A stretch of 64,000 nucleotides of DNA from Octopus vulgaris. Its lineage: Eukaryota. A program made the translations under genes and the position numbers. The stretch is from the NCBI GenBank assembly GCA_951406725.2, contig OX597822.1, positions 36,394,001 to 36,458,000 on the forward strand, in the 5' to 3' direction. The notes below the pieces were generated by a model. It searched no databases and was not told the origin of the DNA. It saw only the letters and a list, made by a program, of their open reading frames with translations. Positions 58,301 through 64,000 of the stretch are shown here, in pieces. The first letter of the stretch is position 1. Each line of letters starts with the position of its first letter.

Positions 58301-61300
58301 ATCTTTTCCTCAGTCTCACTGCTTCCTTACAACCTTATATGATCATTATCCAACTAATAACTTGATTTACAAATGAAATACTAACCTGCTTGTAGAAGTA
58401 GTCTCTTCTTTCATAATACAGATCTTTCCTTTATCGTCGGCAAAATCTTCCACCTAAGAAACAAACAATAAATGTGAAAAACAAAACAAAGCTTGCCTGA
58501 CAGAGAAACCAGAAAAGAATTAGAAAACCATACAAATTATTATGCTATGAGCCATATTTAACTAACGGAGGCTAAACATGGTAAATATCAATAGTTTGTA
58601 TGAACACCAAGGAGAGGCTAGATTTAAAAGAATCATCTAAGTTAGACACCTCAACAATTACAACTGTGAAACTTCATAAAAATGTTCAAGTGTTTCATTT
58701 GAATATTTTCTTCTATAACTTCTCTCCTCTATAATTATTCAAGAACATAGCAAGAAAAACGTTTCATCACATATTTTAATTTTAGGCATGGCTGCATGGT
58801 TAAAAGAGTTACTTCTCAACTACATGCTTTTGTGTTCAGTTCTACTGTGAGGGTTCTGAGTTCAGTCTTACTGTAACTCTGGACTGACTAATACTTTCTG
58901 AGTGAATTTAACAGATGAAAATTATACGAAGCCCTTTGTATGCATGCGTATGCATGTATGTGTATTTGTGTGTGTATATGACTGTTCACATTCTTCTCAT
59001 TGTATGAAAGGTGCTGAGCTAAGACGAAAGTTTGTTGTCATTGGTTTGCTCTGGTGCTTTCAAAGATATATGGAACAAAAAAAATCCTCATATATGAAGA
59101 ATAAATAAGGGAATTCAGTAGTAAGAAAAATGATTGATGAGTTGGTTAGCTTTAAGAAAGATACAAAGTTTTAAAAGTAATTGTTCCAACAATGATAATA
59201 AACACTCCTTAAGTGAATGCTAGCTCAGGAAAATGGATGTAAGACAGAATGAAAAAAAAAATAAAGAAAATTCTATAAAAGATATACTCCATTCATGTTC
59301 ATAAATTGGAAAAGTATAAAATAACAGTTACCTCTATGAGGCTTTTGGGGACAAGTTTTGCTCGATAGAGCTGTAACAAGCAGTCAAGAATATTCTTCCA
59401 GCCTTCTCTTAAAATATCACCATGCCGATGAGCAAGTCCAAAAACAGTTCTTGCAGCAAGCTGAGCCTTGGAATTACCACCAAAAGAGACTGAAATGTTT
59501 TCAGGTGCCTACAATATAAAAAAAGTTAATAAAGTATGCAATAATCAAGTCAACAAATTGCTCTACCATTTTCATTTAAATGAAAACATTTGATTAATTA
59601 ATGAAGACATGATGATATTCAAATGAACTCCAGAATGAAGATGAAAAAATCCCACTTCATTTCACTAGTCTGAATATTTATTTTAGGTAAGTTACAGACT
59701 TTGCAGTTAAGTCTTCACTGAGGTTAAAAACTCAAATCTAAGGATAATATTCCTAAAATTGCTTATGACAAACCATGCACTGCACCATTAAAAGCTTGTT
59801 AAATTAGACCCAGTTACAGCCACTCCAACAACATGGAGGGACCCCAAGCAAAAGTGTCATTTGCTATGCTAAAAATCTTCCTCTAGTCACACTCTACCAT
59901 TTTGAAAAGGAAGGACACATTGGTTAATGTAGTCCTCAACTCATAATATGGAATGGTCATGGATAGAATATCATTAACCATAGTTTGGCTTGATTAAACG
60001 AATGTTAAATGATAATATTGAAGGAATTCCAGAGACAATGAGTAATAAAAAGACAAAATTACTTACATCAGCAGAACTAAGTAATGTTGTAAATTTACAG
60101 AGTGAGATAACGAGATTGTCAAATACATCACTCATACCATAATGAGCAGAGATCATTGCACACTTCCTGGAAAAGACGAAAAAGAAAAGAAAATTATCTC
60201 TGTGGACAGAAAACACCCTTCCTCACAGAACACTCAAAATGAAACCATGAATATTTTAAATTAAGGTTAATATTTTAAACAGCTAATATGCTACAAAATC
60301 TAACAGGAACACTTGAAAATATCTAAAATGCAGAGTACTGGATTATACTTATAAGAATTAATCAGAACTATTTTAGTCTGGTTATGAGTTAAATCTCAAC
60401 ACCTGGATAAATAATGTAAGCACTTAGTAGCAGTAATATACTTGTCTGAAGTAATTTCATCAGCTACTTGTAGGCATGTTCATACTCCCAAATCATTTTC
60501 GCATTCCATTCATTTGTTAATGATCCACTGCTGGATGAAGCCCCAATATGTTGTTACTAGTTTATCTATGCTTGATGTTGGCCAATTGCATGTTTGAAGG
60601 GGTACTTAGCATTGGCCATTGGTGTCTAGGCAGAATTTGAACTCAGAACATCAAGTTTTCTGAATGAATACTACAATGCATCTTGTTCTTGTTCGAAGCT
60701 CTAACAATTCTGCCAAAGCACCACTCTGGACTGGTACTGTATTTATTAATCTGTGGCGGCGAGCTGGCAGAAACGTTAGCACACCGGGCAAAATGCTGAG
60801 CGGTATTTCGTCTGTCGTTACATTGTGAGTTCGAATTCCGCCGAGGTCAACTTTGCCTTTCATCCTTTCGGGGTTGATAAATTAAGTACTAGTTGCGCAC
60901 TGGGGTCAATGTAATCGACCTAATACCTTTGTCTGTCCTTGTTTGTTCCCTCTATGTTTAGCCCCTTGTGGGTAATAAAGAAATATGTATTCATTAATCA
61001 CAAAAAAGATTGAATGTAAAGTTAACCTAGGCAGGATTCAATTTTGGTGTGCAAAGAGCTAGAATGAATACAGCATGGCATTCTATCCACTGCCTTAATG
61101 ACTCGGCTAATATCCCACTTAATCATTAATATTGTTCTAATTATTATTTGAAGGCAGTAATTAGCAGAAACAAAGTACTGGACAAAGTATTTTAAAAATG
61201 CCTTGTAATATATTTAATTATGCTTATTTTCAGTCTAAGTTCAAATCCTGCAGAGGATGACTAAGTGAAAATGTTAAAGGAAGAGAAAAGAATGAAAAGT

Positions 61301-62924
61301 AAATAGTTCTTGCCTGAAACCTGAGATTGCTTTCTGTATGATGCCTTCATCTGAACTTTTGTCAAAGATAAATGAAAGAGCAGCAACTGTTGGCCCCCAA
61401 GCTAGAGTGAATAACTCATGGTCAAAAGAACCTGTGGGAGCATGTATAAATGACCCTTCCTTGCCACTTCCCCTTTTGAGTAGAACCTGAAACGATAATA
61501 AAATAATAGAAATATTTATCATGTTCAATGAATCGACTAACATAAAATTCATTAGTTTGGTCATTAGACATCCATTTTATCCACCTTGAGAGCTTTCTCT
61601 GGCACTGCCTCATTACCATCTTTATTTTCTACCTAGCTACTCCCACCCACCCTTATATAATGTAGGGTAGTCATGTGTCTTCTCTATAGCAAGACACCTG
61701 TGCTTGTCCCTTTATCATACTTCAGCCTCTTAACACCTGACATAAAGCCACCTAAAATACTATCTCCTGTTTCTGTGGTATGAAGAAGGCATTCAGTAAA
61801 GTGGTTGGCATTAAGAAGAGCATCCAACCATAGAAATCCCACCAAAGCTGAAATTGGAGCTTGAAGCAGCCCAGTGGCTTACAAAACCATCCAACCTATG
61901 CCAGTATGGAAAATGGATGGTAAACGATGATGATGGGTAGAGGTTGGACAGAGACATATTTGAAACTGATTTTACAGCTGAATCCTCTTCTTGTAGACAA
62001 CCATTACTCATTTTTCCAGTAAGAGGATTTTTTAAAAATTCACATGTCTTTAAAAGCACAGAGCAACTAATCATAACATTAGCAGCAAAGAATGCAGACA
62101 TCATATCAACAGCGGCAACAAGTGAAGTTGTGTAATGTCAATATTCACACACACACATACAGTTTCTGTTGATCAAATTCACTTAAAGCTATTGGTTAAC
62201 CCAGAAGACAGTTGTTCAAGGTGCCATATAGTCAGACTGAACCTGGAATCATAGTGAACTTCCTAACCACATAGCTGTGAATAACCACTAGAAACCATTG
62301 ATAATAAAAGTGATTTGCATCAACAAGAGTTACTTTGATAATAATTAAAAAGTGAGGCAGAGCCGTGTTTCAGGTATGACTTCACAGCAAGGCAACCCAA
62401 GCAAGAGTCTTCTACAAAAGCCTTAGGTCGACCCCAAAGACTTTTATAAGAAATTTGGTACATGGAAACTGTGTGGAAGCCTATCAAAGAAACTGTTCCT
62501 GGTCTTGGATGGTAGATTTAATCTAGCAGCCAGTTTAACATCACTACATAGTCTTTGAGTAAGAGTTCAGTTTGTGGCAAACGTTTGATCCATGTCTCCA
62601 ATATGAGAGTAACTTCCACTGATCCTGTCACAAGTGTCAGAGTCTTTAATGAGGGTTATGAACACTGCTCTCCTTCTTCTGACTAAACCATTTAAAAACA
62701 GAACACAATATCCTAGTAGAGTCCTTCAAAGTATTCTCTAATAAGGTTTCTATATACTACCATCACAAAACTTTCACTTTGTTCTCATAAAATAAAATTG
62801 CTAAAAAAAATAAATCTCTTATTTTCATGATTTGAAGAAGTGGTCAAATATTTTACTTACTTTCCACAAATAATTTTCTTTCACCAATCCAGTGTGTTCT
62901 GCAGGCATCACTATTTCTTCATTC
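38862..62924 (-). CDS. GBF1: GBF1 (Golgi brefeldin A-resistant ARF-GEF 1), 3' 20 coding exons; gene continues beyond the window's right edge
   Basis: 20 exons join in one frame (3076 nt). Diagnostic peptides: [36 protein letters not shown]...[102 protein letters not shown] (post-Sec7 HDS1-3 region). Confidence 0.95.
39688..39927 (-). mobile_element. tRNA(Arg)-like-headed SINE, third tail type, internally deleted head
   Basis: Minus strand ggaggcgcagttgcccagtgg...gagtgtttattgagcgaaaacacctaaaagc core. Confidence 0.7.
40648..40858. repeat. ~90-bp-arm inverted repeat (hairpin) with hammerhead-like cores, Penelope-type tail sequence
   Basis: 40648-40736 is the reverse complement of 40769-40858; CTGATGA at 40794-40800 and GAAA at 40822-40825. 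Confidence 0.75.
40940..41243 (-). mobile_element. SINE family A (sense to GBF1)
   Basis: Reverse-complement match to the family body. Confidence 0.75.
41243..41510 (+). mobile_element. Degenerate LINE ORF2 C-terminal fragment
   Basis: Frameshifted [32 protein letters not shown], resembling the region after RT in CR1/Jockey-group LINEs. Confidence 0.55.
42263..42558 (-). CDS. GBF1: GBF1 exon (296 nt, Pro/Ser-rich tail)
   Basis: ttcag|[12 protein letters not shown]...AYILQPPLP...[21 protein letters not shown]|gtaagt. Confidence 0.85.
42655..43018 (+). mobile_element. SINE family A
   Basis: aggcgtaggagtggctgtgtggtaagtagc...gactgaaacaag. Confidence 0.88.
43651..43876. mobile_element. piggyBac-like MITE in a GBF1 intron
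   Basis: TTAA-CCCTTTTGTTACT ... AGTAACAAAAGGG-TTAA. Confidence 0.85.
43927..44121 (-). CDS. GBF1: GBF1 exon (195 nt, symmetric phase 1-1, low-complexity tail)
   Basis: tttag|TG TGT GTT CCA...SPDS-G|gtaagt; open in the expected frame. Confidence 0.82.
44640..44925 (-). mobile_element. SINE family A (sense to GBF1)
   Basis: Reverse-complement match to the family body. Confidence 0.75.
45357..45522 (-). CDS. GBF1: GBF1 exon (166 nt)
   Basis: [21 protein letters not shown]...[27 protein letters not shown]|gtaact. Confidence 0.94.
45603..46720. mobile_element. Cluster of at least 5 SINE family B copies in both orientations, separated by (AAT)n
   Basis: One + copy at 45603-45795 followed by several - copies (ggatgaaaggcaaag..tgaactcagaa..ccagctcgcc). 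Confidence 0.75.
46773..46883 (-). CDS. GBF1: GBF1 exon (111 nt)
   Basis: [37 protein letters not shown]|gtgagt. Confidence 0.95.
48659..48760 (-). CDS. GBF1: GBF1 exon (102 nt)
   Basis: [34 protein letters not shown]|gtgagt. Confidence 0.94.
48899..48953. repeat. (TA)n microsatellite
   Basis: Perfect TA run; others near 3549, 7167, 17297, 18463 and 49292. Confidence 0.95.
49524..49654 (-). CDS. GBF1: GBF1 exon (131 nt)
   Basis: [44 protein letters not shown]|gtgtgt. Confidence 0.95.
50205..50358 (-). CDS. GBF1: GBF1 exon (154 nt)
   Basis: [16 protein letters not shown]...[12 protein letters not shown]|gtatgc. Confidence 0.94.
50538..50737 (-). CDS. GBF1: GBF1 exon (200 nt)
   Basis: GQQKNICK...[20 protein letters not shown]|gtaaat; frame-compatible on both sides. 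Confidence 0.88.
50790..51162 (+). mobile_element. SINE family A, full length, preceded by a duplicated head fragment
   Basis: aggcgcaggagtgactgtgtggtaagtagc...aataaaagagta. Confidence 0.88.
51400..51735 (-). mobile_element. SINE family A, head-truncated
   Basis: Reverse-complement match; inverted relative to the 50790 copy. Confidence 0.75.
52127..52585 (+). mobile_element. 5'-truncated CR1/L2-type LINE 3' end with (ATT)n tail
   Basis: [10 protein letters not shown]...[25 protein letters not shown], a typical CR1-clade ORF2 C-terminus, then 3' UTR and (ATT)n. Confidence 0.8.
52689..52935 (-). CDS. GBF1: GBF1 exon (247 nt)
   Basis: VEKE...[36 protein letters not shown]|gttagt. Confidence 0.93.
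53985..54235 (-). mobile_element. Retroposon with (GAT)n tail (family C)
   Basis: Matches 2744-2970; fragments also near 44210, 48165, 54628, 56010 and 61790. Confidence 0.75.
54440..54606 (-). CDS. GBF1: GBF1 exon (167 nt)
   Basis: GAQSDSE...[11 protein letters not shown]...SWLM|gtatgt. Confidence 0.92.
54688..54734 (-). pseudogene. tRNA-Lys(CTT) 3'-half fragment
   Basis: Minus strand TGAGACTCTTAATCTTGGGGTCGTGGGTTCATGCCCCATGCTGGGCA matches eukaryotic tRNA-Lys(CTT) from the anticodon stem to the 3' end; the D-arm and 5' half are absent. Confidence 0.75.
54951..55188 (-). CDS. GBF1: GBF1 exon (238 nt)
   Basis: [13 protein letters not shown]...[19 protein letters not shown]...DS-G|gtacat. 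Confidence 0.92.
55488..55641 (-). CDS. GBF1: GBF1 exon (154 nt)
   Basis: [14 protein letters not shown]...[26 protein letters not shown]|gtaagt. Confidence 0.94.
56380..56764 (+). mobile_element. SINE family A
   Basis: Family body and tail. Confidence 0.82.
56815..56930 (-). CDS. GBF1: GBF1 exon (116 nt)
   Basis: TLLIGSQ...[21 protein letters not shown]|gtttgt. Confidence 0.92.
57494..57686 (-). CDS. GBF1: GBF1 exon (193 nt)
   Basis: [10 protein letters not shown]...[23 protein letters not shown]|gtggct. Confidence 0.92.
57818..58163 (+). mobile_element. SINE family A, diverged
   Basis: Family body and tail. Confidence 0.75.
58386..58453 (-). CDS. GBF1: GBF1 exon (68 nt)
   Basis: ttcttag|[24 protein letters not shown]|gttagt. 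Confidence 0.9.
59332..59508 (-). CDS. GBF1: GBF1 exon (177 nt)
   Basis: [59 protein letters not shown]|gtaact. Confidence 0.94.
60067..60166 (-). CDS. GBF1: GBF1 exon (100 nt)
   Basis: ttccag|[34 protein letters not shown]|gtaagt. Confidence 0.94.
60754..60985 (+). mobile_element. SINE family B (GGCGGCGAGCTGGCAGAA head, GAGTTCGAATTCC B-box)
   Basis: Related copies near 4136, 12970 (-), 19052, 21761, 45603, 45795-46720 (-) and 53760 (-). Confidence 0.8.
61314..61486 (-). CDS. GBF1: GBF1 exon (173 nt) ending in a GC donor
   Basis: VLLKRGSG...QKAISGF-AG|gcaaga; this end is required to give FRKCAM with the next exon. Confidence 0.9.
62861..62924 (-). CDS. GBF1: GBF1 exon (64 nt)
   Basis: tttcag|[22 protein letters not shown]|gtaagt. 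Confidence 0.93.
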
Positions 62925-64000
62925 CTGAAATAATGCAATAAATAACTTAAAAATGAAAAAAGTAACAATAAAGAAAAAAAACAGTAATACTTCTTTTCAT
63001 TGTTAATATTTATATAGAGTAACCATAGAGTAGCAATACAATCAAAGAAAGATTGTTATATAATATTTCATTTTATCGTTTGGATACTCTTCATGATAAC
63101 TCTGTGAAACATGAAAATACATTCATGGTATTAGAGAGAATTATGATTAATTAGAGATAGTTATAAGCGACAAAGGACAAATGGATTTTATCTTGTTTCT
63201 GATACAAGAGAAAGTGGTGACAGAAATAACTTTCTTAATTTTCATAAAACAGCAATTCACAATGAGATCCATATGAACTCAGTGATAGAATCAAGTTTAC
63301 ACCATTATTGAGTTAGTATCATGAATGCCAGTCATGGCTATGTGGTTAAGAAGTTCACTTCACAACTATGAGGTTTTGGGTTCAATTAAACTGCATGGCA
63401 TATTGGCCAAGTATATTCTACTATGCCACAGGATAAATTGAAACCTTCTGAATGAAAATTTAACCATCAGATACTGTATGGAAGCCTATCAAACGGACCG
63501 TTCCTATTTTGGAGGAGCAGATTTAAATAGTTGCTTGCTTCAACACTACCACTTGGCTCATGGGGTATCTTCAGCAGTGGCCATGCTGTTGGAAGCTTTC
63601 AAATAAGGCCTCCAGTCTGAGGTTAATTTCCTCCCATCAGATTTGGAGGCACTGAAAAAGGGCCTTCAAGACTAGTTAAGAAGATGATAATCTCTTCTCA
63701 CCAAGCCATGGCCCTCCACTTTGAAATCGATAAATAAATAAATGAACTGTGAATTTGTATTTCCTTTGTTGCAAAATTTTTTACATGTTCTTGAGCAAGG
63801 CATTTAACACCACTTATCTCACAGAAAATCATGTATTAACACATCTTAGAAAATTAACATGATAAAAATCACAATAATGCCATATTTGTGAGGAAATTTA
63901 AACTCTATCTTCCAAATATTTAGGGTTCTATGAAAGGAAAAAAAAGTGCCAAGTAAGGTTTCTGTAAAAATATCTCTTAGTTATACAAATTTGCAACAGA

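Overview
AT-rich, intron-containing animal genomic DNA, most likely an octopus (coleoid cephalopod), inferred from the dense tRNA-derived SINE families and (TA)n/(CA)n microsatellites. It holds two convergent spliced genes. One is a complete 8-exon LUC7L/LUC7L2-type U1 snRNP splicing factor (+, 24956-36740, 322 aa). The other is the 3' 20 coding exons of GBF1, a Sec7-family ARF-GEF (-, 62924-38862, ~1024 aa; its 5' part lies beyond the window), including one GC-AG intron. An unrecognised intronless 333-aa ORF (310-1311) carries a cluster of cell-cycle short linear motifs. The rest is transposon-rich: several SINE families, a composite Helitron with a PIF1-helicase remnant, a Ty3/Gypsy RT remnant, LINE 3' fragments, piggyBac- and mariner-like MITEs, a hierarchical 66/132/528-bp tandem array and a hairpin with hammerhead-like cores. 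The most notable signal is a ~16-kb SINE-free zone over LUC7, whose introns 1-2 contain several candidate poison exons and an in-frame microexon, suggesting an autoregulatory splicing/NMD circuit. All exon calls were made by eye from splice signals and reading frame. Repeat boundaries are approximate.
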